From an uncultured Planctomycetota bacterium (GTDB taxonomy: Bacteria > Planctomycetota > Planctomycetia > Isosphaerales > Isosphaeraceae), in the NCBI GenBank assembly GCA_963823665.1, contig CAWGMQ010000012.1, positions 1 to 64,000 on the forward strand: a DNA stretch of 64,000 nt. Reading direction: 5' to 3'. A program made the translations under genes and the position numbers. The notes beneath the pieces were generated by a model. The model did not search any database and had not been told where the DNA came from. It saw nothing but the letters and a program-made list of their open reading frames with translations. This document shows positions 45,861-56,014 of this stretch, piece after piece (position 1 is the stretch's first letter; every line of letters begins with the position of its first letter).

Positions 45861-47225
45861 TCACTTCCTCAGAAACAGCCAGACGTAGCCATGCGGGGTA
45901 TCCTGGCCGTTGGCAATCGTTCCCGGGCCTGGAGGCTTGAGGTAGCGCTTCAGGCTCTGGATTATCGGTTCCATCTCGTCGGTGATCGCTTTGTTCTCGG
46001 GCCTCGCTTCGATCTCTGCCTGCTTTTTGCGAACTTTCGCCTGAACCTCGGCCGTGAGTTGCTCTTTAATGGGAATCGGCTCCCAGAACTTCAACATCTC
46101 CTCCTGGATCTTCCTGTTTCGTTCGGCTACGGTCGGCTCAAGCCGTTCCAGCCTAGAGCGGAGCTCGGCGACTTCCCCGCGCTCGGCTTTTGAGAGATTG
46201 GCGCGGGGCGAGATGTAGGTGCAAAAATCGCCGACAAGTAGGTCCAGTTTGCCATCGCGGTTGTAATCGGTTACGTCGATCTGGGAGCGAATGCCCGGCT
46301 TCGGCTCTTCTTCGGAGTCAAGAAACTCCGAATAGCCAATTCCCTTGTGCCGAGTGCACTAGCTCGACGGCCTCGGCCAATTCGGGGCGCCCAGCGTTTC
46401 CGACGTTTCGGAACCAGTAGACCGCCCCGGTGGCCGCGCCGGAGAGGATGTCCCAGCGTCCGTCGCCATCCCAGTCGGCAACCACCGGCGTACAATGGCC
46501 CTCCGGGATCTGGATCGGCTTGCCTCCGGCCGCGATCACGATGTTGCTCGTGGCGAACGCCGGCGCCCGACGCGTTCCTTCGTTGAGTCGTAAGTTCAGG
46601 CCGCCGACGTATGCCGCCGAAGAGGAGGTCGAGGTCTCCATCTCCGTCCCAGTCGACCATCGCCGGCCAGCTCCCGAACGACTCGACGCTAACCTCTTGA
46701 TCGGGCTTTCGCAGCACGGGCTTGCCCGACTTGTCCTTGATCGTCTCTCGGGCCTTGAACTTGCCCTTTCCCTCGCCGCGAAAGAGATAGATCTCGCCAG
46801 GGTCATACGAGCCGCTGATCAGGTCACGAGTGCCGTCGCCGTCGAGGTCCACAAACTGTGGACTGGAACCGATGCATCAGTAGATGGGCACTGTGGCGAC
46901 GACACCCCCAGCCATGAGCAACTCGCCCGCGGCGAACTTCGGCTCCAGGACCGTTCCAACGTTGCGATAGAGGCGGAACTCTCCGCTAAAATCGCCCACG
47001 AGCAGATCTCGCCGGCCGTCGCCATCCACATCGTGGAGGCACGGGCCCGGAGTGGGCCCACTGGGGGCCGGAATCGATGACCGCGCCGGCCGCCATGAGC
47101 CGGACGGGTTTCTGAAAGACCGAGTTGGGGGCATCGTCCTTCGTGGAGGTGGAGGATGGCGGCGCTTCCGCCCCGAACGCCGCAACCGCGGCCAGCGCCG
47201 CGATGGACCGGCAGAGCTTTTTCAT
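45861..47225 (-). CDS. Secreted FG-GAP/VCBS repeat protein with in-frame TGA (candidate selenoprotein; also has indel frameshifts)
   Basis: Signal peptide and repeated D.DGDG..DL motifs; ...VATVPIY-TGA(46879-46877)-CIGSSPQFVDLDGDG reads through in frame. Confidence 0.8.
46847..46863 (-). promoter_or_regulatory. Candidate bacterial SECIS hairpin
   Basis: GUCCACA-GUU-UGUGGAC, a perfect 7-bp stem beginning 13 nt after the UGA, with a loop starting GU. Confidence 0.55.
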
Positions 47226-47321
47226 TCTGTCCTCCTGTGTGGTGTCGCTCAGCTCGGCTAGTCGGATTTGAACGGGCCGTGGAGTCGAAACTGCACCGAT
47301 GGACGATTAACCGTGCTGTGG

Positions 47322-48711
47322 TCAGCGGCTCCGTCTGGCCGTCTGTGCGCGCACCTTGTTCTTTTGGTGCTGCGCTACCAAGATCTCGAACAAGTCGTCC
47401 TTCTCGCCGCGCTGGGTCAGATCCTGGCCCGATTTCACGACACCAATATATCCCACGCACATCTCGTCCGTCACTTCGTAACCCCATTTGACAATCTTGG
47501 GTGGTCGGTGGGGATTGCGCGCGTGGTCCGAGTTGTCAAAGTGGGCCACCACAGATACGACTGAGCCCCTGGTCAGACGGATTGGTTCCTCGAAGGAGTA
47601 TGTGTTCTGCCAGGAAGGGTCCCAGTCAGCGATGTAGATCAGGTCCTGCCTGCGACCGCCGGGGTAGGTGACTGTCATGCGAAAATCGCGCCCGAGCTGG
47701 TGCATGTGGGGAGTGACAGCGAGGGCTTCGACGTCGACGGGGACGTACCAGGTTGCTTTGACCTCGACGTTCTTGTTGCCGGGCGAAAGCCGGAAGTCGG
47801 AATTCGTGACGTTAGCCCACTGGAGTGTCCGTTTGACCGGCTTACGAGCGAAGTGAAGCCCCACGCGGGTGCGGTCGACCTCGCGCTTGCCGTCGGGGTG
47901 GTAGTGGACTTGCAGGATCACGTCGGCCCCGCGGGGCAAAGAGCGGCCGATCCCATCAGGGAGGCGCCGGGCTCGTTGCCGGCGGCCCAGCCGCCCAGGT
48001 CGCCGGCGATCTCGACGCCCGCGCCCGCATATGAGGTATACCCCGGCCCCGGCTCGGCCGCGTCCCGCTGGCGGCCGTAGCCGTGGGTGTCGACGAACGC
48101 CATCATATGGTGCACGACGCGGCGATTGCCCGGATTGTATTCAATCGCGGAGATCAGCACGTCACGCGGAAGGTCCGTCGGGATCACAAAGCAGCGGTAG
48201 ACATCCGGGCCCGCGGCGGGGACGTTGAAGTCTTCCGCTAGCTCGATAACGAAGTCGGGCGCACCGAGCGCCCACCCCTCGCTAAACCGCGCCGGCGCGG
48301 GCATGTGCTTCGGTTCACCCCGCGGCGCACCCGCGCCCGCCCACGCCGTGAGCACGGTGATCTCGTCGTCGGTCATCGAACGGTCGTGCATGAGTTTGGG
48401 CCGACCCCAGACGTCGGCTTCCAGGGAGGCATCGACCGGTCGAGAGCCACCGCGGCAATATCCAACGAGCGCTTCCGAACTTGCTCGTACGTCTCCAACC
48501 CGAACGGGCCGATCTCACCGCGACGATGGCAACCCTGGCACCGCTTTTGAAGGATCGCCGCCACGTCCTTGGTAAACGTCGGCGTTCCGGCTTTTCGAGC
48601 CGGCTCTTCGCCCTGCGTCACGGAAGTGCCAAGCCAAAGGCCCCAGACGGCGAAGCCCAGACGCGCGAGGATTGACCACCCCACGGCAGCACCGATTTGT
48701 CGCAACCTCAT
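47322..48711 (-). CDS. Copper type II ascorbate-dependent monooxygenase-like protein with N-terminal CxxCH (frameshifted)
   Basis: 'CQGCH', 'MPPW', 'VVHH', 'LQVHYH', 'PHMHQLG', 'DEMC'. Confidence 0.85.
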
Positions 48712-49028
48712 GCAGACGGGCCCTCAAAAGCGAAAAGAATGTGATCAAGAGGCTAACACAAACATCGCTAACAATCCAATTAATAATTCATCTATTTTCC
48801 TGTTTTCCAGAGTGGCGTTCATCACAGGTTCATGGCCCGCCTGTATACCCGGGCCCCCCTCGGCCGAGGCCCGTCGGTGGGTCACGGTGATCGCTTGAGC
48901 GTTCGCCCACGGCTCGTTCTTTTCCACGAAAGAATTCGTTCTCGTCTTGTCGCCGGAAGCCGCGCGGGAGACTGGATTGGTCATGCCTCACTCCTCGGAG
49001 TTCATTTCTCCATCCAGGGGGGTTACTC

Positions 49029-50203
49029 ATGCTTCGCTCGGTTCGCCCGCGCAGCGGGTTTACGCTCATCGAGCTCCTGGTGGTCATCGCCGTCATCGGA
49101 GTCTTGATCGGATTGCTGTTGCCGGCCGTCCAGTCGGCGAGAGAATCGGCAAGACGCACGCAGTGCGTCAACAACTTGAAACAACTGGGGCTGGCCGCGC
49201 AGAGTTACCTGACCTCAACCAATGTCTTGCCGGCACAGACTCTCGATAACGTCATGCTTCCCAATGGAACAGGGCCCGTGAATTGGTTCACGTCTTGGAC
49301 CGCGTGCCTTCTTCCCAATCTCGAACAGCGGCCGCTCTGGAACGCGATCAATTTCAACGTCCCCATGATGGAGCTGGCGCCGCCGATCTTGGGGGCCAAC
49401 ACGACAGTAGGCCTAACGACGCTCTCGACGTTGCTTTGCCCTTCCGAGAGCGTCGGCAAGGCATTGAGCTTTTCGCTTTCGTCCGGCGCGGGCACGAGCG
49501 GTTACACGGCTCAATTCGCCGTGTCCAACTACGCCGGCAACTATGGCGGACCGCCCATGATCCGCTCGTGCAACGGCGCAATCGTCCCGGTCGGCAACAA
49601 GACGCTCGTCTTCAACCTGATGACGGCGGCGAAATTGACCCCACCGGCGGTGCCAGCCGTGCGCATCCAGATGATCACCGACGGAGCCGCCAACACCGCA
49701 CTTTTCAGCGAGCACTTGCTGTCGACGACTGCTCCCTATACGGCCGGCGACGCGAGCGTCTCGCCCGGGCGCAGAATGCCCGGCGCGGGCTTTATCAGGT
49801 GCCCATCACGGTAACCTTGGATCAGGCAAGCACGGCGAATGCGCAAGCGTTCGTTAGCGCATGCGAGGGCTTACCGGCGGGCACCCCCGCGCTTGCCGGC
49901 ATCGGTTTCGGCGCCCAATGGCTCATGAGCCTCGACTACGCCACGGCCAACAACGCCTACAGCCATGTGATGGCACCTAACACCATCTCCTGCACGGGAT
50001 CGAACGACCCGACGGGTTATTACTCCAGCGACAACGGAGGTTTCGGCGCCGCGATCACCGCGACCAGCAACCATCCCGGCGGCGTGAACGTCGGCTTTTG
50101 CGACGGCTCGGTAAAATTCATCAAGAATTCCACGGCCCTCGCAACGTGGTGGGCGCTGGGAACGCGCAGCGGACATGAGATCATCAGCGCCGACACCTAT
50201 TGA
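49029..50203 (+). CDS. DUF1559 (prepilin N-methyl / H-X9-DG-CTERM) protein (one frameshift)
   Basis: '[43 protein letters not shown]' and '[16 protein letters not shown]'. Confidence 0.93.
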
Positions 50204-51509
50204 GCAGGTTTGGCTGGAACGCGGCACTCGCACACGGCACTCCAGACACGAGTCACCGAAGGCCAGGTGGGATCGGTGGACAGGAGTTTCGAGAGAGCGC
50301 AGAGACTTCAAAGGGCGAAAGGACCACCGCACACGCCTGCCTTCTGAAGTTTGTTACTGAGGCGGATCCACAGCACAATTCTGGTCTTCTCGGTGTCGTC
50401 AGCGCGGCGTGGTTTCAGCGCGGTTTTCCGCTGGTCGAGTCTGTCGGCGTGCCACGGCTAAGGCCTGTGATCGGCGTTCTCGACCGCTCCACCACTCTGC
50501 AAGGTTTTTCACACGCATGGCATTTCGGTCTCGGCCGGTACCGCGTGTTGAATCGTAGGGCTCCATGTTATGACGGATGTCGTCGAACTCCCTGGCATCA
50601 ATGTACCAGTTAAGCGTTTCGACGTTTTGCCGATCTTGGCCTGATTGCACGGTGTCGCAAGTGAAGATGGCAGAGCGGAAAAACTCTTCGTCGCCTGTTA
50701 TATTGCTGAACATCGCCTGGAGTCCCAGAATCTGTTCATCATTTCGGAAATACATCGACGAGTCGCGTGCCGTGGCGACGCCTTCAAACGGAATAAACAC
50801 GGACTTCACGCCGTCGGCCGCCAGGAAGATCAACCGGGGAAGGAAATGGGCCGCTTGCTCGATCCTGGGCTCGAGTTCATTGGTCGCTCCGTCGGCCGAG
50901 GAGAACTCCTGAATGTCCGTGTCCAGGGTCTTGAGCCGCCTTTCGTTGGGGAAGGCGGCGAATCTGGATTAGCAGCACCCCCGCCGTGTTCTTCTTGATC
51001 CAGAGGCGGTGGCTCGCAATCCAGGCGGCGGCGAGGTTCACTCCGTAGTTATCGTAGTAGCCGGCGTCGACGACGTGGCGAGGCGGTTCCGTCGGCAGGG
51101 TAACCGACGAGGTGATGTAAGGAAACGTCGCACTCATTCGCACGGCGCTCGCCAGCCGCAGATTTTTCCGACTCTCCTCCCCCAACATTTCGAACAGCTC
51201 GACGGCCGAGACCGAGGCGAGGCCCGGGTACTCCAGGTCGTAGTCGGTGGGCGATCCCTGGCTACCCGTCGTCTGCTTTTCGTTCGTGAACTGGTCGCGC
51301 AGGCCGGCGACATCATCTCCAAGCAGGGCGGTACCCAGATTGACCGCGAGGTCGTTGAGCGGTTGATTGCCGATCAGCAACCGGCGGCCATCCTCGACGA
51401 GCATCGGCGAAAAGACGATCGAGGGGATCAGTCCCTCTTGCTCGTTTTGCCTGATCTGGGCGAAGGTGTGAGCGATCCCGCGGTCGAATTCGATCCAGGC
51501 GTCCTCTAA

Positions 51510-53170
51510 GTTCGGGTTTCGCATTTTTAGGATCAGTCGTATTCAGGAACGTCGATGGTTCTCTTCGCGTCCCCGATCCGTTAGCGTCGTGCGCGTTCGA
51601 CTCGCGCCTGGTGATTTGATGTCGGCTTCCTCGCACGGAATTGGCATGCTGTCTGGGTCCAAACCGGACAACTTTCCCGGCAAGGAAGCCGACCCATGGA
51701 ACTTACACCCTCGTTCGTCCACTTGCTACAGCACTTTCACGCCGTCTTCACCGTCCGACCTTCCAGACCTTCGTGTCGATCGTCACGGGGTGGATCCTCT
51801 CCCATCGCCACCGCTATATCACCGAGGTCATCTTCTCCTGCGGCAAGGTCGGCAACGGCCATTGGTGCCGGTTCCATCGCTTCTTCAGCCACGCCGCCTG
51901 GGACCTCGACACGTTCTCCATGCACCTCGCCAAGCTCGTCGCCACCATTCTCGCTCCAGGCGCCACTCTCTCCTGGGCCGTCGACGACACGCTCTGTCGC
52001 AAACGCGGACTGACCCTCTACGGCGCCGGCATGCATTACGATCCCCTCATCTCCAGCCGCGCCAAATCCCTGGTCAGTTGGGGACACGACTGGGTCGTTC
52101 TCTGCTTGATCATCGTCCATCCCTTCTGGGCCCCCACCAAGGTCTTTGCCTTACCCGTCGCCTTCCGCCTCTACCGCAACCGCCAAGGTCTGACCAAGGG
52201 GAAAAAGAACCGGGGAAAGTCGACCAAGCCCAAGGACGATCCGAATCATCGCACGCGACCGGAATTAGCTCTTGAACTGATCAAGTTGGTCGCCGAGTGG
52301 TTTCCCAACGATGAGATCGTCGTCACCGGCGACAGCGCCTACGGCGGCCAGAGTATCTTGTCTATCTGCCGCCCAACGTTCACCTCATCAGCCATGTCCA
52401 TCCCAAAGGGGTGCTCTACGAGCCGCCCCTCCCAAGACGGAAAAGACCAAAGGGCGCCGCAAGAAAGGAAAACGCTTGCCCGGCATGAAGGAGTGGGCCG
52501 AAGATCCGAACCAACCCTGGACGAACCTCGACTTCAACCAGTTTGGGCTCCATGCCACGCTGGCGGTCAAGACGATCCAGGCCCTCTACTACACGGCTGG
52601 GAGTGACCGACTCCTGACCATCGTCTTGGTGCGCGACCTGGAGGGGAAACGACCCGAGCAGATGTTCTACTGCACCAAGCTCGATTGGACCGCCAGGCAA
52701 ATCCTCTCGACCTACGCCTGCCGTTGGGCCATCGAATGCACCTTTGAAAATTGCAAGCAACTCTTGGGTTTGGAGGATCCCGCCAATCGTCTTCCCAAGG
52801 CAGTGGAACGAACCGCACCGATGGCGCTGATCCTCTACAGCTTGGTGGTCGTTTGGTTCCACCAGACGGGTCACAGTTTCCTCGCTTTCCCTTCCGCCCC
52901 TGGTACCCCAGGAAGGAAGAGCCGTCCTTCGCCGACATGTTGACGACCCTGAGGCGGGTCAGCTACGAGGAGAAAACCGAGAGACTGCTTCCAAAACCGT
53001 CCCGTCTGAAAACCTGGGTCGCCCAGCTCACCGAGCTTCTCAGCCGCGCGGGCTGAGCGCGCACCGGCCTGCGTTTCTTGCCTCAGGTCGATCGTCTGGA
53101 TGGAATCGCCGGAGGGATTTTCACTCCCCGGGCCGCTCGCGAACTGCTTCAGAAAATGCGAAAGTCGAAC
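51510..53170 (+). mobile_element. IS701-like insertion sequence (1661 bp)
   Basis: 18-bp inverted repeats GTTCGGGTTTCGCATTTT / GTTCGACTTTCGCATTTT; TAA duplicated at 51507-51509 and 53171-53173. Confidence 0.88.
51696..53056 (+). CDS. IS701-like DDE transposase (several frameshifts)
   Basis: 'AVDDTLCRKRG', 'VTGDSAYG', 'YACRWAIECTF'. Confidence 0.85.
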
Positions 53171-55093
53171 TAAGGCGTCGCCGCGATTATATGTTGCCCA
53201 GGGGAGTAGAGAGCATGGGAAGAAGTCGCGGAAGGCGATGTGCCAGGCAATCGGTGTGAGGTAATCGGGCACTTTCAAAGGCTGGCCCGGTGCGCCGAGG
53301 ACGCCGGTTCCATCGTTGTGGCCGCTGACGTACCGTGCCGCCGAGCATGCCGCCCAAAGCACCCGTGATCAGGCGGACGTGATGGTGAAAGTCGTCGATC
53401 TTCTCGTCCAGGGATCCCAGCACGGTCTCGGTCCAGAGGGCGGCGCGAAGGGCTCCGCCGCTGGCGGTTACGACTACCAGGATTGGCTGGCGGCGTTCTG
53501 CCGACGACCCGACCGGTTTCTCGAAGGACTGAGCCCAGCGATCGAGCAGCGCCTCGCGTTCCTGCCACGCGCGGCGCGGGGCAGTCGGGGGCATGCTCTT
53601 CTGGAAACCCTGGAGGCTTACGACACGGGCACGGAGCGGGGCGCAGGCGCACGGGGGATAACCTGGTCTCGAAGCTGATTGAAGGCTGACGGGTACCAGG
53701 CGCTGAGATCGCGGACCTCGACCTCGTAGCTGAGCGTTCCGGTCGCCGCCATGAGCGCCAGCATGACGAAAACGACCGCAATCCGTGCCGGCCAGCGCTT
53801 CATCCCGAGGTAGGTGGTGAAGGTCGCCACGACGCCCAGCATGACGCAGATCGAAAACGCGGGCGGAATGATCCTGTGCATGCGGTCGTGGCCAACAAGC
53901 GGCTCGAGGAACGAGGCCGCCAGAAGAACCCCGACGATGACCAGGATATTCTTGGCGTTGGCGTGGGGGTCGAGTCTGTCTGGTGCGAGGTCGAGGACCT
54001 GCTGCAATTGGAACTGGCGCGACACGACCTGCCGCCACAGCTCATGCATCCGGGTCGCGACGCGTGCCCAGACGACGACGACGATCACCACGACGCCAAT
54101 GCCCATTCCGGCCAGCCAGGGCCATGCGATGCCCGGTGGGCCGGCCCCCGGACGCACGGCAGGAACGACTCGCCGGAACAGCCAGGGACAAGAGAGCCGG
54201 CAGCCCCGCATACGCGAGGAACCAGCGCAACCGCGGCACGCTGTCGGCGACCTCCGTCCCGCGCCGAAACAGACCGGTCAAGCCGCTGGCCTCGAGTACG
54301 GGGGCGAAGCGAACCCATACTTGGCGGTCGGGATGGTGGCGATGCACCTCGAAGTCTCGGACGAAGAGAAGGTAGAGCATCCAATACAAAAAAAGCGTTA
54401 CGCCGAGCGCGGCTTGGATCATGGTCGAAGGATTCGGGCTCCAGAACAGTCCGGGCATGCCGATGCTCGCCAGGCCGCCGTAGACTAGCCAGAGCACGAG
54501 CCGATCTCGGCCGCGACCAGCAGACCGGAGAGGCTCGAAAAGACGAGGGCCGACACCACTGGAACCAGCTTGCGGAAGTACCAGAAGGAAAGCGCCGCCA
54601 CGACCAGCACGATAGTCTTTTGAGAGTAGCCTTTCACTTGAGTGACCATGGCGGCGACCGGTCCGTCCGCCGAGGTGTTCGCTCGCGCCTGGTCGCGCGA
54701 CTCCCAACGATCGATGAATGGTGGGACGATCGCGATCAACAAAATGACGAGAACGAGAGCCCAGAGCTTTCGAGCATGGCCCCCGTGGGAAGCTGCGGGA
54801 ACAGGGCGTTCGATCACGAGATGCTCCCTCTAGCCTCTAGAGAAGTAGGCCGCTTCAACACTGCCATGTATTCCATACGTCAGGACGTCGGCACGCAAGC
54901 TCCTGCCGATCCTCTCTCCGAGTTTTGGTGGTACTCCGCAGTTGGTCGGGTTAGTAGATTCCCGCCGAGGCGGATAGATTTGTGTTGTTCACGACGAATC
55001 GGCTCTTGCAGGGGAGTCGTTGCGGGCGTTCCTTCCGTTGACGTAGAGCATCACACTCAAGTTCGCGAGAAGCCGGGGCAGGGGGCTCATTGC

Positions 55094-55869
55094 ATGGCGA
55101 ATTCTTCCGGCCCAAAACCCCGAATTGGCCTGGGGCATTTGCTCATCGCAATCGCCGGGTGTGGGATCGGCTTCGCAGCTTACCGCACACTCGTACCGGT
55201 CTCATTCCCCGCGAAGTTCGCGCTCTTGTTGTGGGGTTATAGTCTAGGCATGGGGACGGCGTTTGCGCGATTCTGGCTGGCTCATTTCTGCTGTGCTTCC
55301 GTACCTGGCGGGGCGGCGAATCGCGTCCTTATCTTCCCGGCCACTGGCTCCTGCTATTGGGCCTGGCGGTGTTGCCGGCCGACGCCGCCGCGGTTCTTGC
55401 TTACAACGACCGTGCCGCGCGCGATCCGTCCTTCACCGTCCCTGTGTACCTGGCCCAATTTATCGCCGGCAAAATGAGGACCTGGCCGCACATGCACCAT
55501 CAGGCAGCCGGATGGGGCTCAGGAGCGTTGATCACATGCGGGTTCCTCTGGTTTCTCCACGGCCGGGTCTCGCGATCGTGGTTCGCTGCGTTCCTGGTCG
55601 CTGCTCTTGGCGTGCTCATTCTCGCCGTCGGCCATATCGTCTCGTTTGTTCTGGCCGTTCGCGGAATCGCCATGCCCGGATTGAATCGGCAGTTCGTCCA
55701 CCTGTATGCCATTGGCGTGGCTTTCGCGGCGATCGCCGTCGCTTCGGCTCTAGCGGCCGACTTGAGAAGCGGCGCTCGAACGGATAATCTCCACTACGTC
55801 GGTGTTTCGGCGTGGCTTGGCATCGCTGCCATCCAACTTGGCACGTACGCCGCTTTCCTCTGGCTCTGA
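55094..55869 (+). CDS. Hypothetical multi-pass membrane protein (frameshifted)
   Basis: 'RIGLGHLLIAIAGCGIGFA' and further hydrophobic helices in ORF 55357..55869. Confidence 0.6.
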
Positions 55870-56014
55870 CGACGGCCCGTCCGGCTGATCGCTGGCGCAG
55901 GTGGAGTTACCAGAGGGTACAGGGAGAAACGAGGCAGCGGGTTGGCGGGTCGGTATAATCAGCGCTTCATCCACCGCTTCATGTCGAAGCGGTTCCCTTC
56001 CGGAGGGCGACAGC

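Larger units (their letters stand above)
50399..54817 (-). pseudogene. Membrane-anchored patatin-like phospholipase interrupted by an IS
   Basis: N-terminal TM helices, 'ASGGALRA', 'ITGALGG' (GxSxG position) and 'VVDAGYYDNYG'; the frame NRGDAL/EDAW rejoins across the IS. Confidence 0.8.
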
